From: Paraspadella gotoi
Lineage: Eukaryota > Animalia > Chaetognatha
Direction: 5' to 3'
Assembly (NCBI GenBank): GCA_051294375.1
Contig: CM119267.1
Location: forward strand, 9,263,709-9,327,708
Length of the DNA stretch: 64,000 nt
Every line of letters starts with the position of its first letter. Position 1 is the stretch's first letter. Shown piece by piece: positions 51,981 to 62,709 of the stretch. The notes under the pieces are model-generated. The model was not told where the DNA came from and did not search any database. It was given only the letters and a program-made list of their open reading frames with translations. Both the position numbers and the translations under genes were made by a program.

Positions 51981-53286
51981 ATGTCCAAAACTTTTTTCGT
52001 CTTTAAACGACTTTGTGAAAGTATAAATTCCTCAAAAATAGTTTTTGATTATTGCAAAAGATTCAAATGTTCTGAGGCAGAGCTCCTCCGCGCCGGGGAT
52101 CACGTGGTCGCTTTTCACACTCATCGTTTCACTCCAACGACGGATGACCGCGTGACATTGGCCGACGACGGTCGTCTCTACACCGATTTCGGCAAAATTT
52201 CTCATAACTCCATCATCGGACGCGCCCCAGGCAGTGTCTTCCACATTGGGGAAGAAAACGCCGAAACGCAACTCATGATCAGGTTCGAAAATCACGAGGA
52301 CTTCTTCTTCAAAGGAATGAAATTGAACGGGGGTAAGAGAACGTCGGGAACGCTCGAGTTTAGCTGGATGCATCCGCGAGACGCCGCCGTTTTGATGGAA
52401 CTTTTGAGAGTTGAGGTTTGTTTTAGTGGTCAGCCCAATTGCTAGGATAAAAAACGCTTTTCTCACGGTATTAGTTTTCTAATTTTACCCCCAGCGGACC
52501 GACCGCGTTCTCGAGGTTGGAACGGGCTTTGGATCTTTCACCATTAGTCTCTTCGAAACCGTTGGATGCGAAGGTGAGATCATAACCGTCGATGTGGATA
52601 AAGTTGTTTCTCAAACAGCGACCGTGAATTTAACGAATTGGCGCCAGCGCCGGCACCGTCGGAATGGAAGCGACGATCCTCGCGTCACATTTCTAGTTGG
52701 TGACGCCGAAAACGAAGACGATTTTAGAAAATCGTTGTCTTCCCTCGATTCTCTGAAAGAAAATGCCACGCTTTCCTTTGACAAAATCGTCATTGACGTC
52801 AAAGATCCCCGAAAATCTGTCATGAACGTTCATTCCAGACTTCGAACGGGTAAAGGAAAGAGACGGTAAGAACCCAGGAATTTCAGATCAAATAACTTTG
52901 TTCAAACTTGAGGCGGATTTTTGGGCGTTGTGACGAGAAACGTTGCCAGTCTGGTCGACCTTCTTCGATTCATTGATGAAAATCGTCTTCCGCTTATCGA
53001 TGACGTAGTTATTCAACCCAACGACCAAAGCTGGGCCATTTATCCAAAACCCCAAGGCGAACTTTACGATGGTACAGCATTAATTAATTTGCTCCTTTGC
53101 TCGGTCTAAAGGTCTAGATTGGTCTAAAGCTTTTTACTTTGCTCAGTTGCGATATGCCAACCTCAAAGAACGCAATGGGATTCTCGCAGCAGCCATCCAA
53201 ACTATTTTCCTGTGTGGATGTTAAAATTGATCAAGATGGAGAGCTACGAATTTGCGAATACATTGAAAGAAATTTACCCTTCCTAG
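51981..53286 (+). CDS. TRMT61/GCD14-like paralog 2, 4 exons
   Basis: TDFGKISHNSIIG, MHPRDAA, RVLEVGTGFGSFT, FDKIVIDVKDP, LRTGG. Confidence 0.78.
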
Positions 53287-53371
53287 TATGTTAGATATTT
53301 TTTTTCTTGAAAGAATAAGGACCAGACCACAACGCACTTGTCCTTAAGGACTAAGGACCAGACTTAACGGA

Positions 53372-56300
53372 ATGAAGTCTTTCCATCCTCATCGTTTCTT
53401 AGTCCCTCGATATTTCGCTTGTCCTAAAGCTGGAATGTCAAATTTGTTAGGTTGGGTTTAACATTTTTTTTTACACGCGTATTCCTAGAAATTTTGACAA
53501 AATACTCCATCGTTTTTAGATAATGCGCCTTTCCGCTATGGATCCCTCGTCACCATCTTGTATTCTAACAAACTTCCCCCGGCCTCGTGTCATCACATCA
53601 AACTCCGACGAGGTGCTTTTTTCTACTCTGATTTCGGAAAAATTTCTCACGAGGTAAGTGATATAATAATTGATTGTAATATTTACAGTCCAGTTTTTTT
53701 CTATGCACTAAAACTGTGGCACAGGCCATTATGCGTATGCAAGATGGTGATGTCGTCAGGGTGGGTGATGACGGCTTTTCTTGTCTCATCATGGTTCGAC
53801 GGACGAGACTGGAAGATTTTTTTCAAAAAAGGGTTGGCCCTTCCGCCGCAAATTCGAGGAGATCCGTACATCCCTACGACTTAGTCAACCTTTGCCACAC
53901 GATGCGCTTGAAGGTGTTCACTGCACACTGCTGCTTTAGTAATTTAGCGAGTAAAAAAAAATTATTAACAAGAATGGTAATTCCAATGAGTTGCGCCGCA
54001 GTGACTTTATTTTCACGTGTATTTTCCTATGCATTAGAATTTTGTCTTTTTTTTATAGTCTTAGGATTTCCTGAAGTCACTTAAATTTGACGACCGACAG
54101 ACCGACCGAAAATTGACTTATAGAGTTGCTCCGCGAATATTCGCGTCGCGACTATAAATTCTAAAGTCCTGACAAAAAGAAATAAGATGAGCTTAAATTC
54201 TACTAGGCTGGTGACCGGGTGTTGGAGGTGGGAACGGAGCATGCATTGTTTTCGCTGCTCCTTTCAGACATCGTCGGAGACAGTGGGCACGTCATTTCGA
54301 CCTCATTAGTAAACGTCAAAGAAGATGTCTTAAAGCTGATTTTAGATTGGTTGTCGAGGGACGGCATTGAGGACTCTAACGAAAGGTTGGGAATGGATAA
54401 ATGTAGTATGATAAGTTTCTTTTTTATATTTATCAATTTGTTTCCAGGTTTTCCAATTTAACTTTGCACTCGTTCGATGTCAACGACTCTATTAGGGCAA
54501 GACGAGAAATTCGGACGGCGTTAAACTCTAAACGAAGACTAAGCGATTTAGTTTTCCGTTCCGGTGATTCTGTTGAAAACGACGATGAAAACGACGATGC
54601 GGAATTCCCGCTTTTGGACGCCGTCACCGTCGTCAAAATGCCGCCTTTGTCGCTTCGTCACATGTTTATCAGCATACAAAAATATTTAAAAACAGGTTTG
54701 TATGAAATTGGTACAACCAATATAAAAATTATCCATCCATTTAATAAATAAGCTATCTTGTCCCTGACTTTGGACAGGATTTGGTGGTTTAAGGCCTCCA
54801 TCACACTTACAAGATAATAACATAGCAGGTTTCTGCAAGCTTTCAATCAAGACTCTCTCAGTCTTATTTTTTCACTCCCAGTGAACCTGGCTTCCCTATC
54901 AATGAAGTGGTATAATATTTCAAAGAATGTTTCAATTGTATGAAAAGACCACGTCCTATTATTATTTAATGTTATTTATTTAATAATTATTAATATTAAA
55001 CGACATTTTTTTGATTTTCACTTTCCCAAATCAGGCGGTTCGATCGGTTTCATCCCTCTGGACGTTTCTGATATTCGATTCGTTAATGATTTCATCCACG
55101 AACTCCGTCTTCCGTTATTTGCGGAATGTTTTCAAGAACCCGCCCGATTTCGTCTCCACAACAGTCTCGAATCCGCTGAGTCAGCAGCTAAAGCTGCTTC
55201 CTGTTTTACGACCGCATCAGCTCCAGTCCTAAAGACTGATCGTGATCAATGCGATGAAGATTCTTTCGACTTACAAAGCTCCAATTGGTGGGACAATGAA
55301 TTTTGGCGAAAAAGACGACGGGGATTTCCGAAAACATTCAGGCATAGTAAGTACAATGTATATTTGGATATTGTTTGAAGCCAATTCGTTAATTCCTTAC
55401 TTTCTAATTAATTTTTCATAAAATTCCTTCGTTTTTGATTTGACTTGGCAATGAGTGGAGAAACGTTGCCTTCAAAATCATCTAAAAAATTTTAAAAAGT
55501 TGTATTAATAACCTTTATCTAACTTTTTAAGCTCTACCAGAATCTTTTAAAAAAAATTGAAAAATTGATAAAAAAATTCTAAACTTATTGTAATAAAATA
55601 ATCTTTAAATGCTTCCGTGCGCTAATCAATAAGATAAATTTTAAAAATTATTTTTATTTTCATATTCTCTAACAATCTCTTAACCATTATTTATTCAAGA
55701 GAACTTCTAGTTTTCAACCTGTTCCGGTCTATTGGTTAGATTATTAGATCGTTATAATTAAAATAGGTTAGATAGTTAAAAAAATATATTTTAAGATTTT
55801 ATTGATTCAATTTTGATTATCTTGATTAAATTAAAGCTAGTTAGGCTTATTTTTATGTCATTTTTTTAAAATTCCAAGAGCTTTCAGAACACGGTTCCTT
55901 TTTACATCGATTTAATCGGCATGGAGTGCACAAGAATGAGATGTCCCGGGATACGTTTCCGGACCTTTGGGCTACACAAAAAAAGGGTAAACAAATTTTT
56001 CCTAATGACAGTTTTTTTATAAATTAATATTAAAATTAGCTATATAAAATCAATAAAGTAGAATAAAAAAAATTAAACCATTTTTTAATTTTTTTTATTC
56101 TACTTTATTGATTTTATATAGCTAATTTTAATATTAATTTATAAAAAAACTGTCATTAGGAAAAATTTGATTACCCTTTTTTTGTGTAGCCCAAAGGTCC
56201 GGAAACGTATCCCGGGACATCTCATTCTTGTGCACTCCATGCCGATTAAATCGATGTAAAAAGGAACCGTGAGAAGATATTAACATTGATATTTTTTTGT

Positions 56301-56851
56301 AAAAGTTTTTAAAATAATGTTCAGAAAGTTAAACAAAAACAAAAAAAGATTTGAGTTTCAAAATGAAAAACGATTTTTAAGGCAACTTTTCTCCGTTCAT
56401 TGCCAAGTCAAATTATAACCAATTAATATAAAATCATTTATATTAATTATATTAATATATATATGTAATATATATTAATATATTTTGGTTTTTACTACAA
56501 AAAAATCTTTGAGATTAAAATCTTCGCAGGTTTGCAAATGACGATTCTTTTCTAGCGGCGGGTTTCAGTGTGTCACCTTGTAGAGCTTACACAATACACA
56601 TATATACTACTCTCACAGAGAAACTTTTTTTTTTCAAGAAAACTTTATTATTATTTACAACAGCCAGTTCTTTGCCAATGATGCCTTTAAAGTGGGCGGA
56701 ACGCGAACGAAGTCCCTCATGGATTGTCAACTTTGTTAAAGTCACAGAATACGAATTCGTATTCGAGGCTGAGAAAGATACAGAAAAATTTTGGAGAGAC
56801 AAAGTCATGGAAGAAAGGAAGAAGATCGAGAAAGATTTGGCCGCGGATTGA
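53372..56851 (+). CDS. TRMT61/GCD14-like paralog 3 (degenerate active site), ~7 exons
   Basis: Exon 1 (53372-53450) joins 53520 in phase; SDFGKISHE, VHPYD, RVLEVGTEHA, LKTGG; last exon PSWIVNFVKVTEYEF resembles paralogs 1 and 2. Confidence 0.65.
55438..56413. mobile_element. Non-autonomous DNA transposon (outer element)
   Basis: ~40-bp imperfect TIRs ATTTGACTTGGCAATGA.../...TCATTGCCAAGTCAAAT. Confidence 0.65.
55890..56271. mobile_element. Foldback MITE, Chapaev/CMC-like
   Basis: Near-perfect palindrome with ~188-bp arms, CACGG...CCGTG termini, AGAA 4-bp target-site duplication. Confidence 0.88.
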
Positions 56852-56923
56852 ATTTTTAAAAATCCCCTTTATTATTTTTTATCTTATTCTTTTTCTTCAA
56901 GTTTTATTAAATTCTGTCCGAAT

Positions 56924-58838
56924 ATGTCTTCTGACGAGGACGTTGACTACAGTTTCGATGACGATCACGCCAATATTGACGACAGTGAAGAAGCTCGGCG
57001 CCGATTGGATTTTAACGAAAGCGCCCCAGACGACGCGAGTTTGAGTCGCCCCGGCAACGACATTAGCGAATTGGATCCGGAGAAGGTTGGGGGCGAGAGA
57101 CGCTATCGAACGGATGAACTTCCGATTCTGTTTCAAAAACTCAAAGTTTTCTGCGACGAAAACCGAAACACTAAAATTGGGGAGGAGAAGCGTAAGCTAG
57201 AATTAGAGGCATTTCTCCAACTTCGTCAGGAAAATACGAATTCATCTCACAATGCCGACGCCCATATCATCCCTAAGTTTTACGACACGCTGCCCAAGGA
57301 GGAGGATGTTTTGAAAGCTAAATTGCGTGACGACGCGGGGACTTTGTTGCTGCAGAAGAAAAGCGGCGAGATTGTGTCTTCGGAGGCTTTGGAGGCGCTG
57401 TTGCCCATTCTGGATCGTCATCAATCCCCGCCCATTGTTGGTGACGAGAAGATGATGAACTTTAACGATTTTATCGCCGCGGGTGAGTCGAAACAAAAGT
57501 TCATGCGCGTCGTGGTTCATGTACGTAATTCGTTAGTCTTCCTTCAGGCAAGGAGGCCGACCAATGCTGCGCCCACTACTTCAAGGCAAGGATTTTCGCC
57601 AAACTTTTGGAGAAAGATCCTTTTGGGAGGGTTTCTATCAACACGTTCTTTAAGTACATCATGAGACGCGAGTGGCTAAAACAGGCGCACATTGGCCTTT
57701 CTCTTTATGACACTTCGGGCCAAGGATATCTACTGGAGAGCGACCTGGAGACGTACATTTACGAACTCATTCCCACAATGCCGCAGTTAAAACATCTACA
57801 AGACATGTTTCTGCCTTTTTACGTCTGCACTGCTACTCGGTATGAAAATATTAGACCCCATTTCTGCGTTCGATTTATTCAATTTTCTATTGTGGCTGTT
57901 GCCATGCAATATGCTTTTTTGCTTCGACAGAAAATTTATCTTCTTCCTCGATCCCAAACGGAGCGGAAAAGTACGCATCAGTGAAATCCTCATCAGTGGT
58001 TTCCTCGACGACCTTCTCGAGCTCCGCGAAGAAGAGGTTCCCAATGAAAAACTTCAAACCAACTGGTTTTCTGCCGCGTCAGCCTTCCGAGTCTACAGTC
58101 AATTTCTTTCTATGGATCAGGATAGGAACGGAATGCTGTCTCGAGACGAGTGAGATAAACTTTGCGAGTTGCTTTGTTATTTCAATTGTTGTACATTAAA
58201 TCAAAACGTTTTCTAGATTAGCGTCTTACGGAAATGGAACGCTTACCAACGTGTTTTTGGATCGTCTATTTCAAGAGTGTCTCACTTTTGGAGGAGAGAT
58301 GGACTATAAGATGTATATGGATTTCGTGCTGGCAATGGAAAATAAGGAACAGCCCAGATCTCTGGCGTTTTTTTTCAGGTGATATCACGGTCGCTGGTCT
58401 GCTCTATCAAATTTTATCCTTTAAATTCACGTTTTCGCGAATTTTTGTAGAATTTTCGACATTCGTCATAAAGGATATCTGGATGCCTTTGACTTGAACT
58501 TTTTCTTTCGCGATATTCGGGAACAATTGGCTCAGCGTGGGGAGGAACTTGTGACTTTTGAAGATGTCAAGGACGAAATCTTCGACATGGTCAGATGATT
58601 ATTTATATTTTTTCACACGTCAGCATTGCAGCCAACGTTTCTGTTTTGATTCATGTGTTGGTAACACTTTCAGGTCAAACCAAAGCGTGGTGACAAGTCC
58701 CTCATTTTCTTGGACGATTTGATTGATTCGGGTCAGGGAAAAACTATTGTCTCCATCCTGACTGACATCCATGGCTTTTGCGCTTATGAAAATCGTGAGC
58801 GGATCGCCGCTGACCAATGCGTCGACGACAACGAATAA
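56924..58838 (+). CDS. PPP2R3C: PP2A regulatory subunit B'' gamma, multi-exon
   Basis: IPKFY, IGLSLYDTSGQGYLLESDLE, FYVCTATRKFIFFLDP, NWFSAASAFRVY, EF-hand MDQDRNGMLS. Confidence 0.93.
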
Positions 58839-58965
58839 AAACCCGAGTCCTCATCTACCATCTGTGATTTTTACCTAAAGTTTGTTTTCATCCGCATTAT
58901 GATTCCAAAGAAATAAACATTTTAACCTTTGCTACCTCTTTTTTTTATTTTTGAGTCAAGAAAGC

Positions 58966-60168
58966 ATGTCCGTCCCTGTCTTTCAACGATTGTACCAAAA
59001 ATTAGCGTTAGGATGGAGGTTTTATTCCTTCTCCTCCGAGAAGTCTTTTCGGCCGACAAGGGAGCATTTGATCAACCAAATTAGAAAATTAGAAGCTAAC
59101 AATGAAAATCTTCGAAAGTTTATCGAAAAGCGATCGTCCAGTGTCGCTCAAAAGGTGACGACTGGTTTGGCTCCGAAAGTTAACCGACGCTACATCGCTC
59201 TGCTCGTCTCCTATATCGGTTGGGACGAGAGTAGGGAAGAAGAATTTAACATTTCAGACTCGTTACGATCCGCACTGATAAAAACCAATCTCGTCGACGA
59301 AGATGAAAAGGTCGATATTCGTTCTGGAGACGTGGCTCTCGGCGTCAGCGCCGTGGATCAAATCCTCGCCCTCCGACTAAAGACCAACTTGGGCAAAGGA
59401 GTAGGAGTCGAAGTGACGGGAGACGCCGCTTTTGGAAAAACCGGGGACGACGAGGAAATTCGTTACCCGCTCGTTCTCAACAAGGCCCTTCCAGGAAGCG
59501 TGCGAGTTCTGGCCTGGGCGCCTATTACGGCCGACTATGACCCGCGCATTGGTGATCGAACGCGGGTGACTCATTCCTGCTTCTTTCCTAAGGGCGATTT
59601 AGACCTCGAGTCGATGCGTCGATTGGCCGCCGATGCGGAGCTGGAGAGCGACGTCGATGTCGTCGTTGACGATTTCCGTGCCGAATTCCCGTGCAAATCC
59701 AACTTCGAATCCGATTTAGACTTGTGCGAAGCGAAGGTCTCTGGTCGCGGGCTGACGTCCGAATGCGCTACATCCATCGTTGGCCGGTTACTTCGTCGAT
59801 GCTCATCGGACGAGGGCACCGAGGACGCCTGTGTCAAGGTATCTCTAACTAGTTTGACAAGGATCGACGCTGATACGGAACTCCATTGGTATTACGATCA
59901 AGTGGCTCTCGTCGACTGCGCCCTACATTTTCAAAGCGCCCAAATGGAATATGCGATCAAAGCCGCCATCGTCGATCAAACTCTGACGAAGGTCAAGCAA
60001 GAACTTGAATCTAAGGGAGACGTTGGAGAAGGCGTTTTTTGCAAACCTTATCGTTCCCTTTTTAAGGATTCGGTGACTCCTTTGCCGAGAGGATATTTGA
60101 CAAAGGGCTATGACAATTACTTAGATTACATTTACAAACGGAGAGCGCAAGAGAGTTGGAAAAAATAA
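58966..60168 (+). CDS. TruA/PUS3-like pseudouridine synthase paralog, catalytic motif degenerate
   Basis: RYIALLVSYIGW, GVSAVDQI, EIRYPLVLNKALPGSVRVLAWAP, FFPKGDLDLESM follow PUS3; RTD is replaced by DVA. Confidence 0.8.
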   Translation: MSVPVFQRLYQKLALGWRFYSFSSEKSFRPTREHLINQIRKLEANNENLRKFIEKRSSSVAQKVTTGLAPKVNRRYIALLVSYIGWDESREEEFNISDSLRSALIKTNLVDEDEKVDIRSGDVALGVSAVDQILALRLKTNLGKGVGVEVTGDAAFGKTGDDEEIRYPLVLNKALPGSVRVLAWAPITADYDPRIGDRTRVTHSCFFPKGDLDLESMRRLAADAELESDVDVVVDDFRAEFPCKSNFESDLDLCEAKVSGRGLTSECATSIVGRLLRRCSSDEGTEDACVKVSLTSLTRIDADTELHWYYDQVALVDCALHFQSAQMEYAIKAAIVDQTLTKVKQELESKGDVGEGVFCKPYRSLFKDSVTPLPRGYLTKGYDNYLDYIYKRRAQESWKK

Positions 60169-60212
60169 ATTTATTTTTGTTTTCATTTTTGTTAGAGAAA
60201 GCAATTAAAACA

Positions 60213-61769
60213 ATGAATTCATTATCGGGACCGAATCTCGTGAACCTTGTAGATCATCTTCGCGAACTCGAATCGGGTTTCACTTCGATTCTTTTTGAGA
60301 CAGTCTTGAAACTCTCCACGCTCACGGACACAAGGTTAGTCGAGCGGGTTATACAGTATTGATTTCGTTCATTTGCGAATATTTAGAAGAACTTTTATTC
60401 ACAAAAATTACATGATAAATTTTAATTACTGTACGATTACTTCAACGATTTTTCCAGTGTTTTTCTACTGGTGGAGACGCCAGAGGGAAGAAAGTTTGGC
60501 GGGAAGCGACATCTCTGCGATTATTACGCGGGCCAAGGTCTCAAATCTATCGGCAATGACGTCGAGTGCAACATTGACGCCAGCGTTTCCGGTCTTAATG
60601 AGCGTTACTTAAACAGTCGATTAGCACGCCAGGTATCGTCAGTATTGGTTTTTTTTATTTGTAGTAATTTGTTAAGTTGCTTTTTAATACGTAAAGCTAA
60701 GATTTCTAATCCGATCCTCGCTCTCTCACTCGAGGACGCCGTTCAAGTTATTTCTCATGCCAATTCACTGGTGCCTCTGCCTTCATCTCTTCCATTGCAA
60801 CCGCCTCATTTATCCAACGGTACGCCCCGCTCGGTTTTGGGGGTGGCTCAGACGAACAAGAGAAAACAATCACGGCCTAAGTCGTTGTCTCGTCAAACAT
60901 TTGGATCGCCGACGAAAAGATCGCGTATCGAATCGGTCGGAGGAGGCGGGTGCGGCGCGGACGTTAACGGGACGGCGACGATTCGAGAGGCTCCTCTGGG
61001 TGCTGGTCACTCATCCCTCGACGTTGAGATAAAGACGGAAACGGAGATGCCGTGCGTCTTCGTTGGGGAGAACGATATTCGTGAAATCAGTCTCGACGAC
61101 GACGACGACGACTTCGCCAAATCTCTTGACGAGTCGTCCGACGCGCTCAACTCCAGTCTCGTTAAGATTCCTCCCAACGGACTCAACACCGACTCTATGG
61201 TTTTCGAGATCACTTCTGAATTGGACATGGTTTGTAGATCTAAGAATTTTACTAAGACTCGCTTATAATATAAGTTATATTTTTACTAATTTTCAAAGCT
61301 TCTTTTAAAGGCTTCAAACCCTTGGAGTATCAAAGACTATTTGGATCGGACCGTCAAAGCTTCGGCCATGTTGAATATGGAGGCTCCGATTGATAACCCT
61401 ATGGATCCAAGTTGCATGGAAATAGAAAGACATTCGACCTTCATGAAGCTCTTATCCTCTATACTTTACGATTCTTCGAAGGGTTCGTGACTGATGATTT
61501 TTTTCCGTTTAAACTCTCAATCGAAAATAAACTTCTATTTTCACATAGAAACGGCGATGGCGTGTCCAATTAAAATGAAGTCTCATCCTTATTCAAAAAA
61601 ATTTTTCTCCGCCGTCTACGAAGAATGGTTCACATATTTCACTAACTTAGCCGAACTTCACTCCAAGGGTTATCGTTGCCTTGAGGGTTCGCGGTCATAC
61701 AGCGTGAAAACGTTCTGTCGCAACGTAATGCAACGAAGCTTTGGATATTTTCTTGACAGAATGAAGTGA
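60213..61769 (+). CDS. Uncharacterised, probably nuclear, multi-exon protein
   Basis: Coding-like GC-rich blocks bounded by GT/AG; LLVETPEGRKFGGKRHLCDYY, NLS-like KRKQSRPK, IKTE motif; exon model approximate. Confidence 0.55.
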
Positions 61770-62709
61770 TCTACGGCCACAGTCTCTTTTTGTTTTTAGC
61801 TGATCTCATATCGCTTGCATTCCGATGTTATCTTTCTAAAAATAAACCGTCTAAGGTGAGTGGTACGCATTACGGGCCAATTTTGACAATTTTTATACCT
61901 CGCATCTCCAGTTTTATTAATAAATTATGATTTTTTTTCCGTGGCATTGAGAAGAACTGTTTCAAGAACACGAAATGCATACATGGTAGAATTCTACATA
62001 CAACGAAAAATGGGGAGGGGAGAGGTTTATTTGTACAAAATGATAAATGGTTTAAAGGTTAAGCAAAGTTTTCAACTGCTTCAACTTTTTATTTATTATG
62101 TAGTTACTATTAGATAATAAAGTGTTTCCTTTCGAAAAATACTTAATCGAATTTTTTTATTTTATGTTTTCATGATTCAAATTTCATAATTGATATGAAC
62201 AGCGCGATTATTACGATTATTTTGACATTATCATCTCGTTGCTCCATACTGCGATTGCTCAGAATTTTGAAGTCTTATTTTAGTCGATATGGTCTCTGTA
62301 CCTCAATGCAACCACCCACCCTAAAATTTTGGAGCTGTGGACGTTTTTTCTAATTATTATTTTAGTCCAGTTTATTGGTTAGTGGAAATCGAGGTAGATT
62401 TCGTAGTTAACTTCGTAATTTTGCTACTTGTGGATGAATTTGATTTTAATCTTTCTCATTTCTTTATACTCTTATCAAACAGAAACCTGTGATAATCCCG
62501 CACGTTCGTTGTGGATCTTCGAGATTTTGCTGTTTGATTGAATCTAAATTTTCAATCGTATTTTTAAACAATGTCAATGCGCATCGTTCGTACCAAAACT
62601 ATACAAACTATTGTTCAATGATCTTTTCTACGCCAAAGATTGTCGCTTCTATCGAACAAAAAAAAAAAAAAAACAGCGACGAACAACATCTCATTTTTAA
62701 AGCTAAACC

